A DNA stretch of 64,000 nucleotides from Vicinamibacteria bacterium (GTDB taxonomy: Bacteria > Acidobacteriota > Vicinamibacteria > Marinacidobacterales > Marinacidobacteraceae), in contig CAXXLQ010000004.1 in the NCBI GenBank assembly GCA_963668695.2, positions 2,144,001-2,208,000 on the forward strand, read 5' to 3'. A program made the translations under genes and the position numbers. The notes under the pieces were generated by a model, which did no database searches, had not been told where the DNA came from, and saw only the letters and a list, made by a program, of their open reading frames with translations. Position 1 is the first letter of the stretch; every line of letters starts with the position of its first letter. Below are positions 40,274 through 50,869 of the stretch, piece after piece.

Positions 40274-42030
40274 CGTGCATCCTCCCCTTCGGGCGGGAGT
40301 TCGGCGAGCCGCTCCCGGATCACCTGCTCCACGTACTGGAGCGCCCCCTGCATCTGCGGCGGCGCCTGTCCCATCATCTGGCTGAACTGCGCGAGCGTCG
40401 CCTCCAGACTCGCCCGGTCCGTGGACTCCCGGATCTGCCGGATCTGGGCCAGCATCTGGGTCTGCACCGCCGCCGGCAGGCCGGCGAGCTCGGCCGGCAC
40501 CGGCTCCGAAGCCGTCCCGGCCGTGCGCGTGTAGTGCGCGACCGCCCGGTTCGTGGGGACCAGGTACTTCCCGGCAACCCGTTTGACGTCCTCTTCGGTG
40601 ACCGCGAGGGTCGCGTCGGTCCACTCGTTGATGTAGTTCCAGTCGCCCAGCGAGTCGTAGACGAGGAGCTGGATCAGCAGGAAGAACCCGCTGTCGAGCC
40701 GCTCCCACGCCGCGGCGGCAACCTGGTTCTTGACCTTCTGGATCTCCTCGGGGGGGATCGGCTCTTCAACGAGCCGCCGGAGCTCCCGCTCGATGGCGGC
40801 CTCGAGATCGGCCGGGGTCGCCTCGCCCTTGGCTTCCGCGCTGATCTCGATCAGTCCCGCCCACTTGCGGTTGTCCTGGAACGCCGCCGCGGAGCTCGCG
40901 ATCTCGTCCCCGAGCACCATGGTCTTGTAGAGCCGCCCGGTCCGCCCGTTCAGCAATCCGGACAGCACGTCGAGCGCGTACTGGTCGCGGTGCCGGAAGG
41001 GCACCGTGTGGTAGCGGAGGGCGACCTGCGGCTGGCAGTCGCAGGTCGCATCCAGCCGCTTCCCGGCGTTTTGCTCCATCTCCAGGGTGACCACGTCGGG
41101 GGCCTCGGGACCCGGCGAGAGGCGCCCGAAGTACTTCTCGGCCAGCGCCTTCGCCTCTCCGAGTTCGAAGTTCCCGACCAGCGCGCCGGTGAGGTTCCCG
41201 GGGGCGTAGTAGGTGTCGTAGTACTCCTGCGCCTGGGCGAGGGTGAACACCTGGAGGTCCGACGGCCAGCCGACCACCGGCCAGGAATAGGGGTGCGACT
41301 GCCAGAACATGGCGTCGAACGCCTCGTCGAACTCCCCGGTGGGGGTGGACTCGGTGCGGAGCCGGCGCTCCTCGTAGACCACGTCGCGCTCCGAATAGAA
41401 CTCGCGGAAAACCGGCCGCAGCAGGCGCTCCGACTCCATCCAGAACCACAGCTCCAGCCGGTTCTGCGGCACTGTGATGAAGTACACCGTCTGGTCGTTG
41501 GAGGTGAACGCATTCATCCCGCTGGCGCCCGCCTCGGTGTAGATGCGGTCGAACTCGTCCTTGACCATGAGCGTCCGCTGCTCTTCCACGAGCGCATCGA
41601 ACTCACCCCGCAAGGCGACCAGCTCTTCGGGCAGGTCCGTCTCGCCGAAGGGGTCGTCGATGAGGCCCAGCCGGCTCGCCTCCCGCCGGTCCCGGTAGAT
41701 GGCCCGGATCTTCTCCTGGACGGCCTCCTGCTCCTCGATGATGGCCTGATCCCGCTCGGCGTCGGTGGTCCCGACGGTCGGCGTTCCCTTGAACATCATG
41801 TGTTCGAAGAAGTGGCTCAGCCCGGTGATCCCCGGCCGTTCGTTGGCCGATCCCACGTGGGCCGCCCAGCCGGCGGATACGGTGGTCATTTCGGGACGGA
41901 CGACGGCGAGAAAGCGCATCCCGTTCGAGAGGGTGAACTCCTCCACGGGGACCTTCGCCTGCCCGAGCACGGGGGCGGGGACCGCGAGCGCGAGGACGAG
42001 CGCCGCGAGCCGGAGGGTCGGATGTTTCAT
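40270..42030 (-). CDS. M16 peptidase family, catalytic subunit, exported
   Basis: GLSHFFEHMMFKGT (HxxEH), NAFTS.D.T.Y, ERDVVYEERR; signal peptide. Confidence 0.92.
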   Translation of the reverse strand: MKHPTLRLAALVLALAVPAPVLGQAKVPVEEFTLSNGMRFLAVVRPEMTTVSAGWAAHVGSANERPGITGLSHFFEHMMFKGTPTVGTTDAERDQAIIEEQEAVQEKIRAIYRDRREASRLGLIDDPFGETDLPEELVALRGEFDALVEEQRTLMVKDEFDRIYTEAGASGMNAFTSNDQTVYFITVPQNRLELWFWMESERLLRPVFREFYSERDVVYEERRLRTESTPTGEFDEAFDAMFWQSHPYSWPVVGWPSDLQVFTLAQAQEYYDTYYAPGNLTGALVGNFELGEAKALAEKYFGRLSPGPEAPDVVTLEMEQNAGKRLDATCDCQPQVALRYHTVPFRHRDQYALDVLSGLLNGRTGRLYKTMVLGDEIASSAAAFQDNRKWAGLIEISAEAKGEATPADLEAAIERELRRLVEEPIPPEEIQKVKNQVAAAAWERLDSGFFLLIQLLVYDSLGDWNYINEWTDATLAVTEEDVKRVAGKYLVPTNRAVAHYTRTAGTASEPVPAELAGLPAAVQTQMLAQIRQIRESTDRASLEATLAQFSQMMGQAPPQMQGALQYVEQVIRERLAELPPEGEDAR

Positions 42031-42133
42031 GGCGAGGATGGTAGCGGCGGGCCCGGAGCCCACGGATTGATGGGGTTACCGACTGTTACGATATCCGGCT
42101 AACCCGGGTTCTCCGGGACGGGGGAAATCGGAC

Positions 42134-43867
42134 ATGAATCTGACGCTCAGGAACCCCGAGCGCCTCCGGATTCCGGCGGCGCTGCTGCCGGCGCTGCTGC
42201 TCCTCGCGCCGCTCTCCGCGAGCGCCGAGAGCGCCGCGATTCGCGCCCGTCAGGGCATGGTGGTGTCGCAGAGCGCGATCGCCTCCGAGGTCGGCGCCGC
42301 GGTGCTGCGCGACGGCGGAAATGCGGTGGACGCCGCCGTGGCGACCGCCTTCGCGCTCGCCGTCACCCATCCCACCGCCGGGAACATCGGCGGCGGCGGG
42401 TTCCTGGTCTGGCGCCCGGCCAGCGGGGAGCCGCTCGCCTACGACTTCCGCGAAAAGGCCCCGGCGGCCGCGACCCCGGACATGTGGCTCGACGAGAACG
42501 GGGAGTACAGCTTCCAGATCCACCACCTGAGCCACAAGGCGGTGGGAGTCCCCGGGACGGTGGCGGGCCTCCGCCTCGCCTGGGAACAGCAGGGCTCGCT
42601 GCCCTGGGAGCGGCTCGTGCGGCCGGCGGTGGACCTCGCGAGCGACGGTTTCCCGATCTCCCACGGCCTCGCCGGCTCGCTCGCGCGGGTGCTCGAACGG
42701 ATGACCCAGCATCCGGCCTCGGTGGCCCAGTTCTCGAAGGACGGCACGCCCTACGAGCCCGGCGAAATCCTCCGCCAGCCCGATCTGGCCGGCAGCCTGG
42801 AGCGGATCCTCGAGAACGGGACCGCCGGTTTCTACGAGGGAGAGACCGCCGGGCTGCTGGTCGAGGAGATGGATGCGGGAGGCGGCCTCATCACCCTCGA
42901 GGACCTGAAGAACTACCAGGCGATGGTCCGGGAGCCGATCCGGGGCGAGTACCGCGGCTACGAGATCATCTCGATGCCGCCCCCGAGTTCGGGCGGCACG
43001 GCGATGGTCCAGATGCTGAACATCCTGGAAGGATTCGACGTCGCCGCGAACGGGTTCGGATCGGCCGCCAACATCCACCTGATGGCCGAAGCCATGCGCC
43101 GGGCCTACGCGGACCGCGCGCTGCACCTGGGCGATCCTGACTTCAACCCCGCGATCCCCATCTCCCGGCTGACCTCGAAGGACTACGCGGAGGAGCTGCG
43201 GGGCACGATCGACGAGGAACGGGCTTCCGTTTCCTCACCGTCCAGTTTCGAGTGGACCACCGAGAGCAACGAGACGACCCATTTCTCGGTGGTGGACAAG
43301 GACCGCAACGCCGTGTCCCTCACCTACACCCTGGAGTTCGGCTTCGGCTCGGGGATCGTGGTGCCGGGGGCCGGCTTCTTGCTGAACAACGAGATGGGGG
43401 ACTTCAACGGGGCGCCGGGCCTGACGAACGAGCGCGGCCTGATCGGCACGGATCCGAACCTCGCGGAGCCGAACAAGCGGATGCTCTCCAGCATGAGCCC
43501 GACGATCGTCGCGAAGGACGGGGAGCTGTTCATGGTCACCGGCACCCCGGGCGGACGGACGATCATCAATACCGTGATGCAGACCATCCTGAACGTGGTG
43601 GACCACGGCATGAACGCCCAGGAAGCGGTGGACGCCGGCCGGGTGCACCACCAGTGGCTCCCCGACCGGATCAACTACGAAAAGCAGATGTTCTCGCCCG
43701 ACACCCTTTCCATCCTGGAGGCCTACGGCCACCAGGTGAACGAGATCGGGGCCCAGGGCGCCGCCGAGGTGATCGTCAACCTCGTCGAGGAGGGCGTCCT
43801 TGAGGGTGGCGTGGACCAGCGCCGGGCTGACGGCGGAATCGCCATCCACGACGAGAACCCCCAGTAG
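42134..43867 (+). CDS. ggt: Gamma-glutamyltransferase
   Basis: GGNAVDAAVA, DFREKAP, ETTHFSVVD, LNNEMGDF, KRMLSSMSP, GTPGG. Confidence 0.96.
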   Translation: MNLTLRNPERLRIPAALLPALLLLAPLSASAESAAIRARQGMVVSQSAIASEVGAAVLRDGGNAVDAAVATAFALAVTHPTAGNIGGGGFLVWRPASGEPLAYDFREKAPAAATPDMWLDENGEYSFQIHHLSHKAVGVPGTVAGLRLAWEQQGSLPWERLVRPAVDLASDGFPISHGLAGSLARVLERMTQHPASVAQFSKDGTPYEPGEILRQPDLAGSLERILENGTAGFYEGETAGLLVEEMDAGGGLITLEDLKNYQAMVREPIRGEYRGYEIISMPPPSSGGTAMVQMLNILEGFDVAANGFGSAANIHLMAEAMRRAYADRALHLGDPDFNPAIPISRLTSKDYAEELRGTIDEERASVSSPSSFEWTTESNETTHFSVVDKDRNAVSLTYTLEFGFGSGIVVPGAGFLLNNEMGDFNGAPGLTNERGLIGTDPNLAEPNKRMLSSMSPTIVAKDGELFMVTGTPGGRTIINTVMQTILNVVDHGMNAQEAVDAGRVHHQWLPDRINYEKQMFSPDTLSILEAYGHQVNEIGAQGAAEVIVNLVEEGVLEGGVDQRRADGGIAIHDENPQ

Positions 43868-43918
43868 AACCCCCAGTAGAACCCCCAGTAGAACCCCCAG
43901 TAGAACCCCCGTTAGAAC
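43854..43918 (+). repeat. 12-bp tandem repeat (AGAACCCCCAGT, about 5.4 copies) spanning the ggt stop codon
   Basis: Units at 43854, 43866, 43878, 43890 and 43902. Confidence 0.92.
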
Positions 43919-43955
43919 TGAACCTTCCGGCCGCAGCCGGAGAGGAGGTCGCAGC

Positions 43956-44531
43956 ATGTCTCGATCGCACCCGCAGCTCGCGCCTCTCGCGCTCATCGCC
44001 GCTCTCGGCGGTGCGGGCGTCGCCGCGTCCCAGGAAGCGGATTTCTCCGGGGTCTACAACTTCGTGAAGATCTCCGACCAGCTCTCCACCTCCGGCCAGA
44101 TCTCCCTGGACGACATCGAGGCGGTGGACTCCGCGGGCTTCGACGTGGTGGTGAACCTCGCCCCCGCCCGCTGGGAGCGCAACTTCGAGGAGGGCTTCCG
44201 GGTCACCCAGGCCGGGATGACCTATATCCAGATCCCGGTGGACTGGGCGAACCCGGCGCTCCGGGATCTCGAGCTCTTCTTCGACGTGATGGAGGCGAAC
44301 GAGGACCGGGACGTGTACGTCCACTGCTTCGCCAACATGCGCGTCTCGGTCTTCGTGTACCTCTACCGGACGCTCCGCAAGGGAGTTTCCGAGGCCGAGG
44401 CCTGGCAGGACGTGCTGAAGGTCTGGGATCCGCCAAACAACCCCGAGACCCCCCAGTGGCCCCGCTTCATCACGGCCGCGAAGGAGCGGTTCGGAAGGGG
44501 GGCATCTGATCCGGGTAGCGATACGAAGTGA
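43956..44531 (+). CDS. Exported protein-tyrosine-phosphatase-like protein (DUF442-like)
   Basis: LSTSGQ, VVNLAP, YIQIPVDW, VYVHCFANMR (CX4R); RBS GAGGAGG. Confidence 0.85.
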   Translation: MSRSHPQLAPLALIAALGGAGVAASQEADFSGVYNFVKISDQLSTSGQISLDDIEAVDSAGFDVVVNLAPARWERNFEEGFRVTQAGMTYIQIPVDWANPALRDLELFFDVMEANEDRDVYVHCFANMRVSVFVYLYRTLRKGVSEAEAWQDVLKVWDPPNNPETPQWPRFITAAKERFGRGASDPGSDTK

Positions 44532-44830
44532 GGTTGTGTGGGGGGTGAACCCCCCTTCCGAACCGCCCCGGCGCTTCGCGCCGGCTCGACCCACCAAGCG
44601 GTTTCCGGATGGGGCCAGACAGAAGATTTGGTCCGGGTCTTCTTGCCCGGGCGAGTCCGGCCCCCTCCAGCAACAGCCCGGCGCTTCGCGCCGGCAATCG
44701 AAACTCCCTTGCGCGCCTTCGGCGCGCTGCGGCGAGTTCCGATTGGTCCTTACCGTCTTGTGAAAGGGGGTCACCCCCTTTCACACTTTCCCCCGAAATC
44801 GCTCGCAGCGAACCAGAGGTTCGCTGCCAT
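44484..44830 (+). repeat. Family B repeat with two tandem stem/variable-loop units
   Basis: Unit 1 44486-44566, degenerate unit 2 ~44597-44677, then the constant hairpins; overlaps the last codons of the upstream CDS. Confidence 0.75.
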
Positions 44831-45183
44831 TCGTTTGTTGCGCGGTCGGCAGTACGCCGCCGGTTCTGATGTGAGGGCTGCGGACCCGCGTATCGCCGAG
44901 GGTGAAGAAGCGCGGGGACGGCTTGGAGCGCAGACCTCCGGTCGGCACCCCGGCCCGCAGGGCCGCGAACCGCGTATTGCCGATCCACGTGAAGCGCGCG
45001 CGACAGCGGGCCCCCACCGGGAGAACTGGCCACCGGTCTCCGACCGGCATCGCGCGGGAGCGCGAAACCTGCGCCGACGACGCTGCGCTACGCCAATGTG
45101 AGGGCCGCGAAGCCGCGTACCGCTGACCTGCATGGAGTGCGGCCGGGGTAGGGAACGCCGGTGTTCACACCGGCACAAGTCCG

Positions 45184-45420
45184 GAGCGGTCCGGGGACGG
45201 GGGCACTCCTCCCGACGAATCCAATCGAGACAGGTTAGGACGGGTGAGCCCCCGTCCCCGAACCGCCCGGCGCTTCGCGCCGGCAATCGAAACTCCCTTG
45301 CGCGCCTTCGGCGCGCGGCGGCGAGTTCCGATTGGTCCTTACTGATTGTGGAAGGGGGGCGGTGGCCCCCCTTTCACACTTTCCCCCCGGTCAGGCGGGC
45401 AGCGAACAGAGTTCGCTGCC
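45184..45420 (+). repeat. Family B repeat
   Basis: Stem GGGGACGGGGGC/GCCCCCGTCCCC, 43-nt loop. Confidence 0.85.
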
Positions 45421-45557
45421 ATCAGTCTTTCCCCGGTGGGCTCTGCGCCACGAGATCGCGTACCGCCAACCCGCGCAGTGGTCCGGGAGGCCAGGGAACG
45501 CCCGCCACTGGCACAATCCCCACGATCACACCGGAAACCCGGTGGAGGGAGCACACC

Positions 45558-47309
45558 ATGCGCGACCGCAGGGCAGACAGCAGGGCACTGGCCGCGGCTC
45601 GGCCGCTCGCCATCATCGCGGCGCTCGCCGCGTTCGGTTGTGGGGGGCCCGGAGGCGCCCAGTTCTCGGTGACGTTCGGCGCGGACCGGAGTCCCGAGCC
45701 CCTGGACGGCCGGCTGGTCCTCATGCTCTCCCAGGACGACGCGGCGGAGCCGCGCTTCCAGATCGTGGACGGCCCGGACAGCCAGTTGGCGTTCGGGGTG
45801 GACGTCGAGGGGTGGGCGCCGGGCGAGCCGGTCACAGTGGACGGCGGGGCTTTCGGCTACCCGATCCGCAGCCTGGAGGATGTCCCGGCCGGGGAGTACC
45901 GGGTTCAGGCGCTGCTGAACCGCTATCAGACCTACCAGCGCGCCGACGGCCACACCGTCAAGCTTCCGCCCGACCGGGGTGAGGGACAGCAGTGGAACCG
46001 CAAGCCCGGGAACCTGCTCTCCACCCCGCAGACGGTCTCGCTGGGGCCGGGAGGACCGGCCCGCATCGACATCGTGCTCGACCAGGAGATCCCCCCGCTG
46101 GCGGTGCCGCCCGAGTCGGAATACGTGAAGCACGTGAAGATCCAGAGCGAGCTCCTCACCGACTTCTGGGGGACTCCCACCGAACTCGGGGCCTGGGTGC
46201 TCCTTCCGCACGGCTTCGACGAGCATCCGGAGGCGCGCTATCCGATCGCCATCAACCACGGCCATTTCCCCTACACCTTCGGCAACTGGCGGGAGGAGCC
46301 CCCGGACCCCGACCTGGAGTGCGAGTACTCCGCCCGGTTCGACCTCCCCTGTTACAACCGGATCCAGCAGGAACACGCGTGGCAGCTCCATCAGGACTGG
46401 ACCGGCGACGACTTCCCCCGGATGCTGGTGGTGGAGATCCAGCACGCCAATCCGTTCTACGACGATTCCTACGCGGTGAACTCCGAAAACCTCGGCCCCT
46501 ACGGGGACGCCATCACCTACGAGCTCATTCCCGAGATCGAACGCCGGTTCCGCGGGATCGGGGAGGGGTGGGCGCGCTTCCTCTACGGCGGCTCCACCGG
46601 GGGCTGGGAGGCCATGGCCGCGCAGGTGCTCTATCCCGAGGACTACAACGGGGCGTGGATCGCCTGTCCGGACCCCATCGACTTCCGGGCGTTCACCGTG
46701 GTCAACCTCTACGAGGACGAAAACGCCTACACCCTCGACAGCGCGTTCAAGCGGACCCCCAGACCCGGGCGGCGGGACGGACGGGGACACGTCGCGGCGA
46801 CGCTCGCGGAGATGAACCACCGGGAGCTGGTGCTGGGAACCCGCACCCGGTCGGGGCAGCAGTGGGACGTGTGGGAAGCGGTCTACTCGCCGGTCGGCGA
46901 CGACGGGTATCCCCGCCGCATCTGGGACAAGGTCACCGGCGAGATCGACCCGGAGGTGGCCGCCTACTGGCGGGAGAACTACGACCTCAGCTACATCCTG
47001 CGCCGCGACTGGGAGACCCTGGGGCCCCGGGTCGCCGGCAAGCTGCACATCTACGTGGGGGACATGGACAACTACTACCTGAACAACGCGGTGAAGCTCA
47101 CCGAGGACTTCCTCGAGGCCACCTCGGATCCCCCTTACGGCGGGGAAGTGGACTACGGGGACGGCGACGAGCACTGCTGGAACGGCGACCACACCCGCGG
47201 CAACGGGTTGTCCCGCCTCCGCTACATCCAGATGTTCGCCCCGCGCATCGTGGAGCGCATCCGGCGAAGCGCCCCCCCGGGCGCCGATACCTCAAGCTGG
47301 CGGTACTGA
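45558..47309 (+). CDS. Lipoprotein alpha/beta-hydrolase (esterase family)
   Basis: Lipobox AAFGC; nucleophile elbow YGGSTGGW; IYVGDMD; GDEHCW. Confidence 0.85.
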   Translation: MRDRRADSRALAAARPLAIIAALAAFGCGGPGGAQFSVTFGADRSPEPLDGRLVLMLSQDDAAEPRFQIVDGPDSQLAFGVDVEGWAPGEPVTVDGGAFGYPIRSLEDVPAGEYRVQALLNRYQTYQRADGHTVKLPPDRGEGQQWNRKPGNLLSTPQTVSLGPGGPARIDIVLDQEIPPLAVPPESEYVKHVKIQSELLTDFWGTPTELGAWVLLPHGFDEHPEARYPIAINHGHFPYTFGNWREEPPDPDLECEYSARFDLPCYNRIQQEHAWQLHQDWTGDDFPRMLVVEIQHANPFYDDSYAVNSENLGPYGDAITYELIPEIERRFRGIGEGWARFLYGGSTGGWEAMAAQVLYPEDYNGAWIACPDPIDFRAFTVVNLYEDENAYTLDSAFKRTPRPGRRDGRGHVAATLAEMNHRELVLGTRTRSGQQWDVWEAVYSPVGDDGYPRRIWDKVTGEIDPEVAAYWRENYDLSYILRRDWETLGPRVAGKLHIYVGDMDNYYLNNAVKLTEDFLEATSDPPYGGEVDYGDGDEHCWNGDHTRGNGLSRLRYIQMFAPRIVERIRRSAPPGADTSSWRY

Positions 47310-47310
47310 C

Positions 47311-47550
47311 GTCGAGCGGTTCGGAGGGGGGCGCCGGACCGGAACGGAGGCGGGGACTCAGCCCTGCTCAGACGGGTGCGCCCCCCCCCGAACCGCTCGG
47401 CGCTTCGCGCCGCGAATCGAAACTCCCTCGCGCGCTGGTGCGCGCTTCGGCGAGTCCCGATTCGTCGTTACCTTCTGGTGAAAGGGGGGCGGTGGCCCCC
47501 CTTTCACACTTTCCCCCCGGTCACGCGGGCAGCGAACGGAGTTCGCTGCC
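47311..47550 (+). repeat. Family B repeat
   Basis: Same hairpin series with a different loop sequence. Confidence 0.85.
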
Positions 47551-47820
47551 GTTGGTTTTCTTGCTCGGTGCGCGCTGCACCGTGAATCCTGTCCACAGCC
47601 GGCCCCTACACCCTGCTTCTCAGCGAACCGCAACTCCCTTGCGCGCGGGAGCGCCGGTCTTCATTCAGACCGGCATCGCTGCCCGGAGGGCAGCGAGACG
47701 CTGAAACCGCCGCGCCTGGATGGCACGGCGTTGATCAGTTCCCGCGGCGGCGAGTTCCGATTCGTTGTTGCCTTCTGGTGAAAGAGGCCATGTAGATGAG
47801 GAATCAGGCCCTCTGGCCGC

Positions 47821-49500
47821 TCAGGATCCTGGTCGGGCTCTCACCATCATGAGCGCCTCAAACGCGTCCACTTTGCCATACCCCCAGAGTGGGTTCGGAG
47901 TCGGCCCCGTGAACTCGTCGCTCCGGGCCGACTCTTGCAAGATCCTCTTGACCGAGAGAGCGTCCAACGTCGGGTCGACCTCGAGCATCAGGGCGATGAT
48001 GCCGGTCACGACCGGCGCCGCGGCGCTCACGGCCCCCGCCATTCCATACAGCCCGCCGCCGTCCTCGATCAGCAAATGCGGGTAGGTGGCCCAATCCGAC
48101 CGTGGGGCGTATGCCGTAACGATCCTGTCCCCGGGGGCGGAGATGTCCACGCCGATCCGCCCGTCAACCGTAGGTCCAACGCTGCTGCCGGCCCAAAGCT
48201 CGCCAACGTTCCCTTCACCCCTCAGCTCCTGGCCTACACCATCAATGTTCGTCCACTTTGTGCGAATGACGTAGCTGTTGGGCGCCACATTGTGAAACGC
48301 GGTCGCTCCGTCCCAGATGCTGCCCGGCGTCACGAAATTCAGGAATCGGCCTGACCCGTTGAGCGAGGCGTCGAAGTGGATGCTGGAACCGGTGGAGCTA
48401 GCTGCGTGATCCAATCTCAGAATGTAATCGCCGGCTCCAGCGGCGCTGTCGAAATCGATAAGAAGCAGCCGCTTGTCGTTCGCCGCCCCGTAGAAGTCAT
48501 CTCCCCCGCGATCGTGGTACACACGAACACCGGTGCCTTCCGCGTAGGACTGCGAGGCCGGGAAAGGACCGAGCATCCCCATCGGAGTATCGATCGACAC
48601 GGTAAACGCCTCGTTCCGGTCGTACCACATCTCGAGACGACCGTCGCCGGTGTCGAGCGCGAATCGCAGGTCAAGAGTCCCGCCGTTGGGCACGTCTCCC
48701 GCTGCGCGGATTTGCGTTTGCCACCCATCGTCTCCGGTTCCGGTGACGAACACGACGCCGGGGTGATCGGGACCGACGGTCTCGTCGATCTTTCGACTGA
48801 ATGCGCTCGTGCCGTCGGTCGGTCCGCCGATCGATCCGAGATTGAGGAGCATCACCACCGGCATCGACAGTTCCCGCGCCTTGTCGACCACGAAATCGAT
48901 CGCGACGAATAGATCCGAGTCGAAGTCGGGCTCGGCCGGCTCATCTCCATGCGCCGGGGCGCCGCCCGTGACCTTCACCGAGATGATGGTGGCGTTCGTC
49001 GCCACGCCTCGATACTTCCGGTCGGGAAGGTTCCGCCCGTTCCCGGCGGCAATGCCAGTGGTTGAGGTCCCATGGCCGACGGCATCCCGTGTCGGCAGTC
49101 TGGTGCCGGAAAAGAGCGCCTGATTGATCTGCTCCTCGGTGTAAATGGTGCCCAGCCCGTAGGGGTTGCCCGGGGCGAAGGCGCCGGAATCGTCGGAGAA
49201 ATCGAAGATGTAGGCGATCCGCGTGCTGCCATCGCTGTTCCGGAAGTCGTTGCTCTCCCAGTCGATGCCGCGGTCCAAGATCGCAACGATGACGCCCTCC
49301 CCAGACACGCCCAACGCTTCGACGGCCTTGTCGACTCCCGTTTCAATGCGGAATGACACGGCAGGTGGTTCTGGCTCTGGCGGCGGAGATGGAGGCGGCG
49401 CCGGCACCGGAGTGACGGGCGGCGAAGCGGCCGGAATGGGACCCCCATCGCCGCCGCAGGAGGCGAAGATGAGCAGGGAGAAAAGGACCAGGCGACGCAT
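47821..49500 (-). CDS. S8 subtilisin-like serine protease lipoprotein with an inserted domain
   Basis: Lipobox FASC; VAILDRGID, GHGTSTTGIAAG, DISAPG, GAVSAAAPVVTG, WGYGKVD. Confidence 0.9.
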   Translation of the reverse strand: MRRLVLFSLLIFASCGGDGGPIPAASPPVTPVPAPPPSPPPEPEPPAVSFRIETGVDKAVEALGVSGEGVIVAILDRGIDWESNDFRNSDGSTRIAYIFDFSDDSGAFAPGNPYGLGTIYTEEQINQALFSGTRLPTRDAVGHGTSTTGIAAGNGRNLPDRKYRGVATNATIISVKVTGGAPAHGDEPAEPDFDSDLFVAIDFVVDKARELSMPVVMLLNLGSIGGPTDGTSAFSRKIDETVGPDHPGVVFVTGTGDDGWQTQIRAAGDVPNGGTLDLRFALDTGDGRLEMWYDRNEAFTVSIDTPMGMLGPFPASQSYAEGTGVRVYHDRGGDDFYGAANDKRLLLIDFDSAAGAGDYILRLDHAASSTGSSIHFDASLNGSGRFLNFVTPGSIWDGATAFHNVAPNSYVIRTKWTNIDGVGQELRGEGNVGELWAGSSVGPTVDGRIGVDISAPGDRIVTAYAPRSDWATYPHLLIEDGGGLYGMAGAVSAAAPVVTGIIALMLEVDPTLDALSVKRILQESARSDEFTGPTPNPLWGYGKVDAFEALMMVRARPGS

Positions 49501-49583
49501 CTCAACAACCCTACACGCGGCGGTTGACAGCATGGTTTGCCTTGATTTCCCATGACCGCTGTTTCTTCAGGTATGGAATCCCC

Positions 49584-49660
49584 TTTGTGAAAGGGCGCGG
49601 TGGCCCCCCTTTCACACTTTCCCCCCGGTCACGCGGGCAGCGAACGGAGTTCGCTGCCGT
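49584..49660 (+). repeat. Partial family B repeat (3' hairpins only)
   Basis: TGTGAAAGGG..CCCTTTCACA and GGCAGCGAAC..GTTCGCTGCC. Confidence 0.8.
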
Positions 49661-49921
49661 CAGTCTTTCCTCGGTCGGCAATGCGCCACCTACAAGACGT
49701 GACGCGCACGCCCGGGAACGCCGGTGTTCACACCGGCACCCCTGGGCGGAGCCCGGCGAAAGCCGCGTATCGCCGACCCGCGTCACGTTCCCTGGGCTCC
49801 TCCTGCGGGAGGGGGTGCCGAGATGTAACCCTTCCAATGATCAGCGCTACGCGGTCTTCGCCCGCCTGCGGCGGGCGGTGCCGACCCTGGAGGTCGGTGG
49901 TCCCTTTTGCCGGTCTCCCCC

Positions 49922-50869
49922 CTACACCCCGCTTCTCAGCGTCCGCTCCGCCTCCGACAGCTCCGAAAGGTCCGGCACCACCAGCGTGCCGCAGCCCTCC
50001 GGCGTAAAGACCTCCAGCAGCAGGCTGTCCGGCGTCCCCGCCGGCAACAGGTGGGCGCGCGCGACACCCCCCTGCAGTGCTTTCTGGATGCACAGGGCCT
50101 TGGGCAGCATCCCGGTGCGGATGGCCCCGGACTCCCGCATCCGCTCGAGGCCCGCGAGGTCGAGGAACGAGATCACGCTCCGCGGATCGCCGGGATCCGC
50201 GAGCAGCCCGGGCGCCTCCCCGAGCACGATCAGCTTCTCCGCGCCGAGCGCCACCGAGAGCGCCGAAGCGACGGTGTCCGCGTTGATGTTCAGCAGCGTC
50301 CCGGCCTCATCCGCCGAGATCGGGCTCACCACCGGCAGCGCGCCGATGCCGAGCAGCCGTTCCAGCAGCCCGCTGTCCACGCGGTCGATGTCCCCGACGT
50401 AGCCGTAGTCCACCGTCTCCTCGGCGGCCCCCTCGCCCACCTTCACCGGGGGCCGGCGATGGGCGCGGATGAGTCCGGCGTCCACCCCGGAGAGACCGAT
50501 CGCCGGGAGCTCGAAGTCGCGGCAGGCAGCCAGGATGCGAGTGTTGATCTCCCCGTTCAGCACCATCGTGGTGACCCGGAGCGCCTCGGAGTCGGTGACC
50601 CGGCGCCCGTCCACGAAGCGAGAGCGCACCCCCAGCTTCCGCGCCAGCTCGGTGGACTGCGGGCCGCCGCCGTGGACCAGCACCACCCGGATGCCGAGTT
50701 TGAAGAGCAGCGCCACCTGCTCTACCAGCCCCTTCACCGCCTCCTCCGCCGCGACCGCGGCGCCCCCGGTCTTGATGACGAACGTCTTCTCACCGAAGCG
50801 CTTCAGGTAGGGCACGGCGTGCTTGAGCGCCCGGACCCGGATCTGCCGCTCGGCGGCTGTCTCGCTCAT
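49922..50869 (-). CDS. argB: Acetylglutamate kinase
   Basis: VIKTGGAA, VHGGGPQ, FVDGRRVTD, NINADTVA, GMLPK. Confidence 0.95.
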   Translation of the reverse strand: MSETAAERQIRVRALKHAVPYLKRFGEKTFVIKTGGAAVAAEEAVKGLVEQVALLFKLGIRVVLVHGGGPQSTELARKLGVRSRFVDGRRVTDSEALRVTTMVLNGEINTRILAACRDFELPAIGLSGVDAGLIRAHRRPPVKVGEGAAEETVDYGYVGDIDRVDSGLLERLLGIGALPVVSPISADEAGTLLNINADTVASALSVALGAEKLIVLGEAPGLLADPGDPRSVISFLDLAGLERMRESGAIRTGMLPKALCIQKALQGGVARAHLLPAGTPDSLLLEVFTPEGCGTLVVPDLSELSEAERTLRSGV

